This document shows positions 30,077 to 40,985 of a stretch of DNA of 64,000 nt, piece after piece (position 1 is the first letter of the stretch; every line of letters starts with the position of its first letter). Origin of the DNA: Candidatus Velthaea sp. (lineage in GTDB: Bacteria; Vulcanimicrobiota; Vulcanimicrobiia; Vulcanimicrobiales; Vulcanimicrobiaceae); contig CBDCCS010000016.1 of the NCBI GenBank assembly GCA_965214935.1, forward strand, positions 32,001-96,000, in the 5' to 3' direction. The notes beneath the pieces were generated by a model that searched no databases, was not told the DNA's origin, and saw nothing but the letters and a program-made list of their open reading frames with translations. The position numbers and the translations under genes were made by a program.

Positions 30077-31519
30077 CTATGCTTTGCCACCGACGGAACG
30101 GCCGCCGACGGTGCACGTCGCTAATTTGACCGTCGGCATGCCGACGCCGACGGGTACCAGTTGTCCACCCTTCCCGCATGTATAGCTACGGTTAGCCAAA
30201 CGTCCGTCGTTGCCCACCATGACCACCTTGGTCATCGCATCGGGGCCGTTACCGATTAATGTTGCCCCGCGCACCGGCGCCGTAATCTTTCCGCCTTCGA
30301 TGAGGTAGCCTTCGGCGACCATGAAAACAAAATCGCCTTTACTAATTTCGACTTGGCCGCCCGAGAACGATGCGGCGTAAATACCGCGATCGACCGACGC
30401 GATGATCTCCTCGAACGTCGAATCGCCGCTAGGCATGTAGGTGTTACACATGCGCGGTTGCGGCAACACGCGAAACGATTGACGGCGCCCGCTGCCGGTC
30501 GATGCAACACCCATGAGTTTGGCGTTCAAGCGATCCTGCATGTAGCCGCGCAGCACGCCTTGTTCGACGAGCACTTTATGCGTACCGGGCGTACCCTCGT
30601 CGTCGACGGCGACCGAGCCGCGTTCATCGGGCAGATTGCCGTCGTCGTAAATGGTAACGAGCTCACTCGCCACACGTTCGCCGACGCGGCCGCTATACAG
30701 CGACGTTCCCTGCCGGTTGAAATCGCTTTCAAGTCCGTGCCCGACGGCTTCATGCAACAGCACGCCGCCTCCGCCGGCACCAACGATTACGGGCATTTCA
30801 CCGGCCGGTGTTTCGCGCGCATCGAGGTTCGTTGCGGCGATGCGCGCCGACTCCGTTGCGATCTGTTCGGGCGAACGGGTCTGATATATTTCGATACCCG
30901 AGCGGCCGCCGTCGCCGTGATAACCGTTCGCTCGCCGCGCATCAGCTGTGGCCACGGTCTGCACGCCCAATGCGACGAGCGGCCGCACGTCGGTAACAAC
31001 TTCGCCGTCGCTCGTTGCGATCTGCACGAACTGCGTTTCATCGGTAACAAAAGCGTTGACGGCGGAGATCCGCGCATCGTAGGAGCGCGCGGCAGCATCG
31101 GCCCGCATCAGCAGATCGACATACGTTTGCGCCGGCGCCGCGCGTTCGGCAGGCCGATAAAGCGGCGGTGCGGAGCGCGACGCAAGATCGGCGACCGGTT
31201 CGCCGCGCGCGCCGTCATGCGCGATCAACGCCGCTACCTGGGCGGCATGCAGCAGTGCAGCGGGCGTGAGATCGTCGGAGTAAGCATAACCGGAACGCTC
31301 TCCGACAATTACACGAATGCCCGCACCGCGCACGACCGATACACCGGCTTCGTGAATTCGTCCATCTTGCAAGCGAAACGATTGCGTGCTTCGATGTTCG
31401 AAAAAGACATCGGCATAGTCTCCTCCGCGCCGCAATGCACGATTCAATAATTGCGCGAGCAAGTCACGATCGAGTCCGGTTTGCACGTGTGGAACGATTC
31501 GTTTCGCTGCAATAGGCAT
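30077..31519 (-). CDS. tldD: TldD metalloprotease
   Basis: LHEAVGHGLE, DDEG, PRMCNT, CGKGGQ.VPVGVG.PT. Confidence 0.93.
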   Translation of the reverse strand: MPIAAKRIVPHVQTGLDRDLLAQLLNRALRRGGDYADVFFEHRSTQSFRLQDGRIHEAGVSVVRGAGIRVIVGERSGYAYSDDLTPAALLHAAQVAALIAHDGARGEPVADLASRSAPPLYRPAERAAPAQTYVDLLMRADAAARSYDARISAVNAFVTDETQFVQIATSDGEVVTDVRPLVALGVQTVATADARRANGYHGDGGRSGIEIYQTRSPEQIATESARIAATNLDARETPAGEMPVIVGAGGGGVLLHEAVGHGLESDFNRQGTSLYSGRVGERVASELVTIYDDGNLPDERGSVAVDDEGTPGTHKVLVEQGVLRGYMQDRLNAKLMGVASTGSGRRQSFRVLPQPRMCNTYMPSGDSTFEEIIASVDRGIYAASFSGGQVEISKGDFVFMVAEGYLIEGGKITAPVRGATLIGNGPDAMTKVVMVGNDGRLANRSYTCGKGGQLVPVGVGMPTVKLATCTVGGRSVGGKA

Positions 31520-31579
31520 CCCCCGCCATACGAAATGCGGCAAGGTCCGCTCAGCGAGCGAACGGAATTTGCGCGGGCG

Positions 31580-32179
31580 ATGACGTCGTCGAATCCACCG
31601 TCTCCCGACTTGACAACGGCGCTTCGGCGAGCGGCAACGGCGCAACGCGACATACTCGAAGCGATCCGGCACACGCGGACGGCTATCGTCGCACTCGGCG
31701 GCGAACTTGCAGCGCTCATCGCGGCGATGCCGCCTGAAGACGTGCGGGCGATCGCACTCGGCGTCATCGTTATCTTGCGCGGCACGCCGACGGTCGAAGA
31801 CATACCGGGTCTAACGCTCGAATATTTACCTGCACTCGATGACGAATCATACGAGACGCGGCCCGGTGCGACGTCACTCTATGTCGAGGCGCTTGGTAAA
31901 GGCCAATCGCGTGTCTATCTCGAGGTGCGCTCGAGCCCCGGGCAAATCGTTTTGGCGACGTCGTCGATCCACGAACTCGACGAGTGGCTCGATGCGGTTC
32001 GCGGGATCGTGCTCGATGCCGATTCGCACGTCCGCCTCGTTCTCGAATCGCGTTCGAGCGATACGCAACTCGCGGCAACGGCCGGTCCGGACGCCGCGAC
32101 GCTTCTCGCCGGTTTTCTTGCTTCCCTCGCCGACGAACTCATGGAGCGTTCGCGTTTCAATCGCGCGGTCGACTTATGA
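31580..32179 (+). CDS. Hypothetical protein
   Basis: Host-like codon usage, divergent from tldD; start uncertain. Confidence 0.65.
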   Translation: MTSSNPPSPDLTTALRRAATAQRDILEAIRHTRTAIVALGGELAALIAAMPPEDVRAIALGVIVILRGTPTVEDIPGLTLEYLPALDDESYETRPGATSLYVEALGKGQSRVYLEVRSSPGQIVLATSSIHELDEWLDAVRGIVLDADSHVRLVLESRSSDTQLAATAGPDAATLLAGFLASLADELMERSRFNRAVDL

Positions 32180-32195
32180 CTGAAGAATGGAATAC

Positions 32196-32603
32196 ATGCG
32201 TTCTCTCATCAGCCTCATCATCGTGGCTTCCGCCGCGATGCAGACCGTTGCAGCAGCGGATACCGCTCTGCCCGGCTCGGCTCCGGTCTCAATCGACACG
32301 TGCAGCGTTGCCCAACCCGGTACGCTCGGGAATCCGAAGTTCGGTTACCGTCCGGCTTATGTCGAAGGCGTGACCATCGTCTACACAAACGCGCGCGCCG
32401 TTGCCGCAACCGAAGTGCGCTTTGCAATCGTTTACGCCGGCATAACCCGGACGGCCGTCGATCGCAGCACGCTCGCGGGCGGCAAGAAGCGAACGCGCGA
32501 GTTCGACATCGGCAGCCCGATCTATACGAGCGATTCGGCCGCCTGCCGGATCGCCGGCGTAACGTTCGCCGACGGCACGTCGTACACGCCGCCGGCTCCA
32601 TGA
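32196..32603 (+). CDS. Secreted hypothetical protein
   Basis: Signal peptide, two Cys, C-terminal V.FADGT motif. Confidence 0.7.
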   Translation: MRSLISLIIVASAAMQTVAAADTALPGSAPVSIDTCSVAQPGTLGNPKFGYRPAYVEGVTIVYTNARAVAATEVRFAIVYAGITRTAVDRSTLAGGKKRTREFDIGSPIYTSDSAACRIAGVTFADGTSYTPPAP

Positions 32604-32620
32604 CGCCGCCCGGCCCGGCG

Positions 32621-33157
32621 TTAGACCGGAGCGGCGATCTCGCGGGCGGCGAACTCCGTCTGCGGCGCGAGACCGCGCGCGAGCGTCTGGTAAACGACGC
32701 AGTAGCGCTCGGTCAACTTTTTCAGCGTTGCGATCTGCTCGGGAGTTGCGTCCGTTTCCAGATCGAAGTTCAAGCGAATTTGCTTGAAGCCGACCGGTGC
32801 ATCGCGGTCGACGCCGAGCGTGCCGCGAAAATCCAGCTCGCCTTCGGCACGCACGGTACCGCCGCGAACGGCGATATCGGTGGCGGTTGCCACCGCGCGC
32901 AACGTCACACCGGCGCAGGCAACGAGCGCTTGCAGTAGCATATCGCCCGAACATGCCAGCAGACCGTCGCCGCCGGTCGCCGGATGCAAGCCCGCTTTAA
33001 CGAGTGCGGTACCGGTTCGAACGCTACAACTCAGACCCTGCGGGTCGTCGAGGCGGCCTTCGGCATGCAGGGTGATGGTTGCCGCGGCCGGGTCGCTGCG
33101 GTACCGGTCTTTAATCGGCGCTTGGACGGCACGCAATGCTTCGCTGTTCATTTCCAA
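32621..33157 (-). CDS. OsmC-family protein
   Basis: LHPATGG...CSGDMLL.ALVAC and TERYCVV. Confidence 0.92.
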   Translation of the reverse strand: MEMNSEALRAVQAPIKDRYRSDPAAATITLHAEGRLDDPQGLSCSVRTGTALVKAGLHPATGGDGLLACSGDMLLQALVACAGVTLRAVATATDIAVRGGTVRAEGELDFRGTLGVDRDAPVGFKQIRLNFDLETDATPEQIATLKKLTERYCVVYQTLARGLAPQTEFAAREIAAPV

Positions 33158-33199
33158 ATCGCGATTCGCGGCCCGATACCGGCACCCTAGCGACTGCGC

Positions 33200-34174
<975 letters not shown>

Positions 34175-34303
34175 AACGGCTACGTACCCGAACGGTCAAC
34201 ACGTCCAACCTATCGCCGTTCCGCCGACGTTCGACGCTTCGGCCGCAGACGATCGGGTAAGCCGGCGCAGCAAATCGGTACGTCGATTGCGTAAGACGGA
34301 CGA

Positions 34304-35467
34304 ATGACGAGATCGTCGTTGAGCGTCGCGCAGGCGCGACGAATCGCGCTGGCCGCGCAGGGTTTCGGCCGAACGCGACCGGCCGCACCGGTTACCGCAC
34401 GCGGGTTGTTGCGCGAAGTCGAACGCCTGCACGTGCTGCAAATCGATTCGGTCAATGTCGTCGTGCGATCGCACTATTTGCCGTTGTTTTCGCGCTTAGG
34501 TGCGTACGACCGGCGCTCGCTCGAAGATTTGGTCTGGACCAAGAAGTCGCGCAAGCTCTTCGAGTATTGGGGGCACGAGGCGTCGTTCATTCCGCTTAGC
34601 TTGCATCCGTTGTTTCGCTGGCGCATGGCGCGCGCGCAACGCGGCGATGGAACGTGGGGCCGGATCGCGCAAATCGCCCGCGACAAGCCGGCCTTCGTCG
34701 CCTCGATTCTTGCCGAGGTGGAGCAACGCGGACCGCTCGCTAGCGGCGATATTGCGGAACATCGCAGCAGCGGCGGTGGCTGGTGGGGCTGGAGCGACGT
34801 CAAGACGGCACTCGAATATCTATTTTGGTCGGGCGCGCTGACGACATCGACGCGGCGTAATTTCGAGCGCCTCTACGATGTTCCCGAGCGCGTTATTCCG
34901 GCCGCCGTTCGGGCGTTGCCGACACCGCCGGAAGCCGAAGCCAAGCGGGCATTGCTGCGTCTCGCCGCGCGGGCTCTCGGCGTTGCGACACGTTCGGATT
35001 TGCGCGATTATTTTCGCTTAGAGGCCGATGCGAACATCCACATCGATGAGCTCAGCGAAAGCGGCGAACTCGCGATCGTGCCGGTCGACGGTTGGAAGCA
35101 GCCGGCCTACCTTGCGCCGCAAACCGTCATCCCGCGCGGTCTCAACGCGTGTGCGCTGCTGTCACCATTCGATTCCTTGGTTTGGGAACGCGCCCGCGAC
35201 CGGCGGCTGTTCGACTTCGATTACCGGCTCGAGATCTACACGCCGGCACACAAACGTATCCACGGCTATTACGTGTTACCGTTCCTACACGATAGTCGGC
35301 TTGCCGCGCGCGTCGACGTCAAGTCGAATCGCGCCACGAGCACGCTCGAGGTACCTGCCGTGCATTACGAAGATGCCTCGCCGAGTATCGGCTTGCGCGA
35401 CGATCTGCGGCGCGAACTCGCGGCACTGGCAAACTGGCTCGGACTCACGTATCTTAAGATGCGCTAA
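34304..35467 (+). CDS. ycaQ: YcaQ/AlkZ-family crosslink-repair DNA glycosylase (HTH_42)
   Basis: LQIDSVNVV.RSHY, EYWGHEA, LLSPFD, YRLEIYTP..KR..GYY. Confidence 0.9.
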   Translation: MTRSSLSVAQARRIALAAQGFGRTRPAAPVTARGLLREVERLHVLQIDSVNVVVRSHYLPLFSRLGAYDRRSLEDLVWTKKSRKLFEYWGHEASFIPLSLHPLFRWRMARAQRGDGTWGRIAQIARDKPAFVASILAEVEQRGPLASGDIAEHRSSGGGWWGWSDVKTALEYLFWSGALTTSTRRNFERLYDVPERVIPAAVRALPTPPEAEAKRALLRLAARALGVATRSDLRDYFRLEADANIHIDELSESGELAIVPVDGWKQPAYLAPQTVIPRGLNACALLSPFDSLVWERARDRRLFDFDYRLEIYTPAHKRIHGYYVLPFLHDSRLAARVDVKSNRATSTLEVPAVHYEDASPSIGLRDDLRRELAALANWLGLTYLKMR

Positions 35468-35748
35468 CCGGCTGCCCCAGCGTGTCCGCAGTGGCTGACA
35501 GCATCTCGTTTTTCTTCGACTTTCGATTTCAGAAAAGCCAGGTGGTGTATTTTTGCGCCTGACGCATGGCCACGACAGAAAGGAGGCGGTCTACGGTGAA
35601 AATCAGCGGCGAATCGGCCTCGGCGCTGTTACGCTCGCGGCGCCGCGCCACCTAACGCTAACGGCACTATCAGTGGCTCACGCCCTGCACCCGTAACGTG
35701 GTGAATAACGTCGGCGGGCATGATTCTGAAAACTCGGCCATCCGAAGG

Positions 35749-36348
35749 TTAGTCCGTCGCCTTGATCGCGCCGTAGCGCAGCCCATTTATGAGGAGCTCG
35801 ACCATCTGTCGCGCATAGGCGGGATGCTCATCGTGCGATCCTCGGCATAGCGTAACGATAGCTTGTAGGAGTTGATCGGCGTCAATGTCCGCGCGCGCCA
35901 CGTTCCGAGTCACAGCGGCGTCAAGCAACGAGGCCAACGCCGGTTCGAGGCGTTGGTTGAAATATGCGGGCAGATCGCTGTATGCCGGATCTCCTGAGTA
36001 AATGGCAGCAGCTAGGCCACGCTTGGTCGCTACAAAGTCAACGAATCGCAACGCCCAACGCGCTAATGCCTCACCAGGCTCGTACTTTTCCGCAAAGGCA
36101 GCCGCATCGTCAGCGCACGCGTCTACTTCATTCTGAATAACGGCCACGATTAGATCGGAACGCTTCGGGAAGTGGCGGTAGACCGTTCCAAGGCCTACGC
36201 CGGCCTTCGCCGCGATCTCGCGTACCGGAGCGTCAACGCCGGACGTTGCAAACACCTGCATTGCTGTCCGGAGGAGGGAGCGCATTTTGCGCTGCGCATC
36301 CGCGCGCAGCGGCCGGGCGCGGCGATCCTGGTTATCCTTGGCGGGCAA
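35749..36348 (-). CDS. TetR-family transcriptional regulator
   Basis: LRADAQR, IAAKAGVGLGTVYRHFP. Confidence 0.95.
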   Translation of the reverse strand: MPAKDNQDRRARPLRADAQRKMRSLLRTAMQVFATSGVDAPVREIAAKAGVGLGTVYRHFPKRSDLIVAVIQNEVDACADDAAAFAEKYEPGEALARWALRFVDFVATKRGLAAAIYSGDPAYSDLPAYFNQRLEPALASLLDAAVTRNVARADIDADQLLQAIVTLCRGSHDEHPAYARQMVELLINGLRYGAIKATD

Positions 36349-36382
36349 CGCTAAATCTCTCTTTCAAAGCAGGGATTGTAAT

Positions 36383-36420
36383 CGGAACATTGTTCCGCTA
36401 TAAAACTGGAACACGGTTCC
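36383..36420. promoter_or_regulatory. Tandem TetR operators
   Basis: CGGAACA-T-TGTTCCG (36383-36397) and GGAAC-ACG-GTTCC (36408-36420) between divergent tetR and nmrA. Confidence 0.8.
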
Positions 36421-36487
36421 GCTTCAGTGACAAATATCACACCTCTAGTCGGGCGGCAAAGGTTCCAGTGCGAATCAGGAGATCGGC

Positions 36488-37366
36488 ATGTATTTGGTAA
36501 TGGGCATCACCGGCAGGGTGGGTGCGGCGACCGCTCGGCATTTATTGTCACGCGGGAAACAGGTGCGCTCGCTCGTGCGCAGCCGTGAAAAAGCGACTTC
36601 ATGGGCCGCGCAGGGCGTCGAGCTATTTCAAGGCGATTGGAATGATGCCGATGCCATCGAGCAGGCCCTTCACGGTGTTGAAGGGGCCTATGTCATGTTG
36701 CCGGCCGTCTATACGCCGAGCCGCGACTTTAGGGAATCGAAAGGCGTGATCACCGCGTACAGCCGGGCGTTCGCAGAAGTACAGCCGCCGCGGATCGTCG
36801 CGCTTTCTGCGAACGGCGCGGATAAAAGCAGCGCTCTCGGCGCGATCACACCCTTGGCTTTGATGGAACAAGCATTTCGCGATCTTCCATTTCCAATCGC
36901 GTTTGTTCGCGCCGGCGGCTTTTACGAGAACTTCCTCTACGGCTTGCAGGCGGCTCAGGGCGGTACGCTGCCGGTATTCTACGAGCCCACGAGCCGGAAG
37001 TTGGCGATGGTCGCAACTCAAGACATCGCCGCGGAGACGGCAAAGCTTCTTACAGAACCACCGTGGACGGGAACGCGCGTGATTGAATTGGGCTCGATGG
37101 TGAGCCCGGATGAGATTGCGACGCAACTGGGTGCGGTGCTCGGACGTGAAGTTACGGCACAGGCAATACCACGCGCAGCGTGGGCGGAAGCGCTCGAGCA
37201 CATGGGCATCCCGACTGGGCAGACTTGGGCTTTCGAGGAAATGACAGAGAGCCTGACCTCCGGTTGGATCAGCTTCGGAGTTCCGGGCACAGAGCGTAAA
37301 GACGGCACAACATCCGCGCGTGAAGTGTTTGCCGCCGCGCAGCAGGTTCTGCGAGCGCAAAGTTAG
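36488..37366 (+). CDS. NmrA-family NAD(P)-binding protein
   Basis: MGITGRVG, R.GGFYEN, MVATQDIA. Confidence 0.9.
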   Translation: MYLVMGITGRVGAATARHLLSRGKQVRSLVRSREKATSWAAQGVELFQGDWNDADAIEQALHGVEGAYVMLPAVYTPSRDFRESKGVITAYSRAFAEVQPPRIVALSANGADKSSALGAITPLALMEQAFRDLPFPIAFVRAGGFYENFLYGLQAAQGGTLPVFYEPTSRKLAMVATQDIAAETAKLLTEPPWTGTRVIELGSMVSPDEIATQLGAVLGREVTAQAIPRAAWAEALEHMGIPTGQTWAFEEMTESLTSGWISFGVPGTERKDGTTSAREVFAAAQQVLRAQS

Positions 37367-37576
37367 TGGCCGCGCGCTACGTAAGGGCATGACACCGAAG
37401 CGGAGCATGTCCCGAAACCGACCCTTTTCGGGCGATTTTTACCTTGCGCTTGAACCTTTCGAAGAGTGCGCGAGGCGATCGGCAACGTAGCCAAGATCGC
37501 TTCCAAAGTCGCAGAGTCCGAGACGCAGCGATCGTTGCTAGGTCGATGCCCTCTTTGCTGGGAAGGAGCGCTGCCC

Positions 37577-38020
37577 ATGACCATGCCGCAAGCGATCCGG
37601 AGCGCCTTCGCGCGCTGGCTCACGTTCAGCGGCCGCGCCGGCGGCACCGAATACTGGTGGTTCGTGCTCTTTGGGACGCTCGTGTTCGGCCTCGCGATCC
37701 TCCTCGATCACGCGGCGTTTGGACGCGATGCGCTCGTTCGGGCCATCTGCACGCTCGTGTTCCTGATGCCGTACCTCGCCGTTGCGATCCGCCGCTTGCA
37801 CGACACCAACCGCAGTGGCTGGTGGCTGCTACTGGTCTTTGTTCCGCTGGTCGGCAACATCGTTTTATTGATATGGTTTTGCATGCCGAGCACGTCGGGG
37901 CCCAACCGGTTCGGCCCGCGGCTTCTGCTCGATGGCGCTGCAGATCGAACTCGTTCCGCAGACGAGTCGCGCCCGGCAAATGATGGCCTGAATTCGCAAA
38001 CGAGGGTGGTGGCGACCTAA
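37577..38020 (+). CDS. DUF805 (YhaH-like) membrane protein
   Basis: FSGRA...EYWWF, RRLHDTNRSGWW, GPNRFGP. Confidence 0.92.
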   Translation: MTMPQAIRSAFARWLTFSGRAGGTEYWWFVLFGTLVFGLAILLDHAAFGRDALVRAICTLVFLMPYLAVAIRRLHDTNRSGWWLLLVFVPLVGNIVLLIWFCMPSTSGPNRFGPRLLLDGAADRTRSADESRPANDGLNSQTRVVAT

Positions 38021-38171
38021 ATTTTAAACGGCAGTTGATTCGCCTTGACATCAGTTCTAGAGAAATTTACGCCGGCACGCTAGTGTCGCGTAGTTTTCGT
38101 CCCGAAAACGGACCTCTTGCGGGACGGTGCCGGCGCCCTTGTTTCTGTGGCTAGCACCCGGCTTTCAGCGT

Positions 38172-39503
38172 TCAGCGCGACCGCAGCCACCAACCGAGAC
38201 CGACCGTCAGTACAACAGCGCCGGCGATGACCGTACCGGCGATGTTAACCGGCCGCGGCGCGTGCAGGCGGCGCCATCTTATCCTGTCGCGCAGCCAGTT
38301 ACCGCCGTGCACGACTAATTTGGGATGCCGGTCGCGATCGAGTCCGATCGTAACGTCGTTGCCGACCCGGCACAGCCGGTCGACGCGTTTGGGATCGCGC
38401 AGCTCGGCACCAAGCTCGACGATCGGCAGCACGACGTCGGCGCCTGACGTCCGTAAGCGTACGATCGATACAGAATCAAGCCGTTCGACGATCGTACCGC
38501 GGTAGGTCGCGCCCGGTTCTAGCGGTACGGCTCGATCTGCGACGATGAGCGTGATCTCATCACCGGCAGGTGACGGGTCCTTGGGAAAATGCCGCCGTCC
38601 GACGATTTGCTTGGGCGGAGGAGTATGTGTGCTCGGCAAATGATGGCGCCCGGCATCGTCGGGTGAGAATGCAATTCGTCCGTGCCGGTCGAGCTGTACC
38701 TCCTCTCCGTCGGGCAATCGAACGCGCGCATCCGGTTCGCCGCCGACTAAGACGTGCCGGACGCTGCCGTCAGCATTGTGAAAGCCGACATCGACGAGGC
38801 CCTTAGCCAACCGGCTGGGTGCGCCGATGTACGACCCGAAATTCGAGCGGTGCACGGGGTCCTCGACGCCGGGATACCCGAAATATTCCCAGCGCATTGC
38901 TTTCACGGGCTTCGGAATCTCGCGCGGATCGATGCCGCAACATAATAGCACGCCGACGGCATACGAGTTGGAGTCCCGGCCGATTCGCAAAAACGGTATC
39001 TCTACGGCTAGATAGCGCTGATCGCCGTCGTATGCGCGTTGCGTTGTGCGTACGAGTTCGGCGAAGAACTCCTCGCTTAATCCGTTGGGCGGCGGGATTA
39101 CGATCGGTTCGAAATCAACGATGCCGCGCTGGGCGAACGCATCCTCGGGATAATCGTACGGTACGAGCCCGCCGCTGCCGTCGGGATTCGCCGGCCCAGC
39201 TTCAATGATCGTCACCTGCGCGTTGTCGGCGCCGGTGATGGCAAGAAACAAATGACCGCCGAAATCTTGCTCCCACACCAAGCGTTTCGCCGGAACCGTC
39301 AAGCGCCCGAGTTTGAGTGCCGGGACAGTGATGTCGATTGAAAACCAGACCGCCGGGCGTCCGACGAGTGCAACGGTGTGCGGCGCGATTTGCCAGCGAT
39401 TGGCAACCTTGACGTCGTGACCGTCGTAAACCGGCGTCGCATTTTGCTGTGCCGATTCGATCGTCGACGTCGCAAATCTCGGAATCCGAAAACGAAACTT
39501 CAC
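38172..39503 (-). CDS. Hypothetical protein: putative papain-like domain, S1-like domain, C-terminal TM
   Basis: 443-aa ORF with host codon usage; GHLFL and Y..DSNSY motifs; C-terminal hydrophobic helix. Confidence 0.75.
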   Translation of the reverse strand: MKFRFRIPRFATSTIESAQQNATPVYDGHDVKVANRWQIAPHTVALVGRPAVWFSIDITVPALKLGRLTVPAKRLVWEQDFGGHLFLAITGADNAQVTIIEAGPANPDGSGGLVPYDYPEDAFAQRGIVDFEPIVIPPPNGLSEEFFAELVRTTQRAYDGDQRYLAVEIPFLRIGRDSNSYAVGVLLCCGIDPREIPKPVKAMRWEYFGYPGVEDPVHRSNFGSYIGAPSRLAKGLVDVGFHNADGSVRHVLVGGEPDARVRLPDGEEVQLDRHGRIAFSPDDAGRHHLPSTHTPPPKQIVGRRHFPKDPSPAGDEITLIVADRAVPLEPGATYRGTIVERLDSVSIVRLRTSGADVVLPIVELGAELRDPKRVDRLCRVGNDVTIGLDRDRHPKLVVHGGNWLRDRIRWRRLHAPRPVNIAGTVIAGAVVLTVGLGWWLRSR

Positions 39504-39509
39504 TCCCGC

Positions 39510-40985
39510 TTATTCACTTGCGAGAACGTCCAGCGCGCGGTCGATGCCGGCATCGACGGGACCATCATCGGCGCGCGGATCGTTGACCATAAAGGCGAAC
39601 GCAACCCGGCCGTGTTGCTGCGTCTGCACGTAGCCGACAAGCGCATTGACATTCTCGATGTGTCCGCTCTTCGCGCGCGCACGCCCGAGTGCGTCCGAAA
39701 GCTGACGCCACCGAACGGTGCCCTCGATGCCGACGCGCGGCAAGGCGGCAATCAGCGTCGCGCCGATCGGCAAGGCCGCCGTTCGTGCTAAGAACGTCGC
39801 GATCGAGATCGGTGCAATGCGGTCGCTGGGTGCTAAACCGCTGCCGTCGACGATCCGTAAACCCGCCTGCGGCACGCCGTCGCGCGCGAGCAACGACCGT
39901 TCGACGGCGCCGCCGGATTGTTCGGTACCGGTGCCGCGTTCGGCACCAACCGTACGCAGCAGCTGTTCGGCAAAATGGTTGTTCGAGGTAAAGAGCATCT
40001 CGCGAACGATCGCGGCCAGCGGTTGCGAACGATGTTCCCATAACAGCCGGCCGCCCATCGGTGCGACGCCGACGCGGACGCCGTCGCGGATGCGAATGCC
40101 GCGCTGTTCGAGCAGTGCGCGTTCGACGCGACCGGCATAGACGGGCATGTCGGCTACCGGACGGTAGAACGATTGTTCGGCACCCGCGGCGATCCGGCCG
40201 CCGAACGTAAAGAGGTTTTGCGCCGGCGTTCGTTCGATCGATAAGCCGGTCGAATACGACGTTACGACCGAGCCCGCGACGTGTACGGCATCGCCGCGCG
40301 GCCGCACGTCGATGCGCGCCGGAGCGCCGGGCGTCGTCGGAACCAAATGAAATTCAACCGTACCGCCGTCGACCGATAACGCGCTCGTACCGGCGGCGTA
40401 ATCATATTGCAGATCGTCGGGATCCCAAGCCGGATTGACTTCAGGTCCCGCAAACGCACTGGCATCGGCGACGAGCGCGCCGTCGATCCGCCGCGTACCC
40501 GTGCGATACACCGCACTCGCGCCCGCCCGCAGATCGTCCGACGTTAAGGTCGGATCGCCGCTGCCGATCATCCACACATCGCCGCGCACCGCACCGTCGA
40601 TCGGCCCGTCGAGCGTACGCAACTGAGTGACGAAACGGAACTTCGGGCCAAACGTTTCGAGTGCGCTTATGGCTGCAAGGACTTTAAAGGTCGAAGCCGG
40701 CGTGTACGCCTGCCGTGCGCGGCGGCTGAAGAGCGGCCGCGCGTTCGCATCTACGATTGCTATGCCGCTTGTCGCCAGTGTCGGTTCGTCAAGCGCACGG
40801 GCGAGCCGCGTTTGCAAGCTGCGAACCGAAGCCGTACTCCAAGCCGGTGCTCGCGGTGCCGCGACGAGCGGAGCCGGTGCCGGCGACGTGACGGCGCCGG
40901 GCGGTGTTGCGGTTTTCACCACCGGCGCGCTGCAGGCCGTCACGACCGTCAACGCACCGGCCGCAATGATGGCGGGCAACCGCAC
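39510..40985 (-). CDS. dacB: D-alanyl-D-alanine carboxypeptidase/endopeptidase (PBP4, S13), lipoprotein
   Basis: PASTFK, SNN, DGSGL, AKSG; lipobox VTAC. Confidence 0.93.
   Translation of the reverse strand: MRLPAIIAAGALTVVTACSAPVVKTATPPGAVTSPAPAPLVAAPRAPAWSTASVRSLQTRLARALDEPTLATSGIAIVDANARPLFSRRARQAYTPASTFKVLAAISALETFGPKFRFVTQLRTLDGPIDGAVRGDVWMIGSGDPTLTSDDLRAGASAVYRTGTRRIDGALVADASAFAGPEVNPAWDPDDLQYDYAAGTSALSVDGGTVEFHLVPTTPGAPARIDVRPRGDAVHVAGSVVTSYSTGLSIERTPAQNLFTFGGRIAAGAEQSFYRPVADMPVYAGRVERALLEQRGIRIRDGVRVGVAPMGGRLLWEHRSQPLAAIVREMLFTSNNHFAEQLLRTVGAERGTGTEQSGGAVERSLLARDGVPQAGLRIVDGSGLAPSDRIAPISIATFLARTAALPIGATLIAALPRVGIEGTVRWRQLSDALGRARAKSGHIENVNALVGYVQTQQHGRVAFAFMVNDPRADDGPVDAGIDRALDVLASE

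Noticed and set aside
30353..31450. Long antisense and alternative-frame ORFs (here, 1176-1709, 36623-37408 and others)
   Set aside because: These are shadow ORFs of well-supported genes in high-GC DNA, Arg-rich and without motifs.
28710..31519. TldD/E as part of a RiPP cluster
   Set aside because: No YcaO, cyclodehydratase or precursor peptide is nearby; the context is housekeeping.
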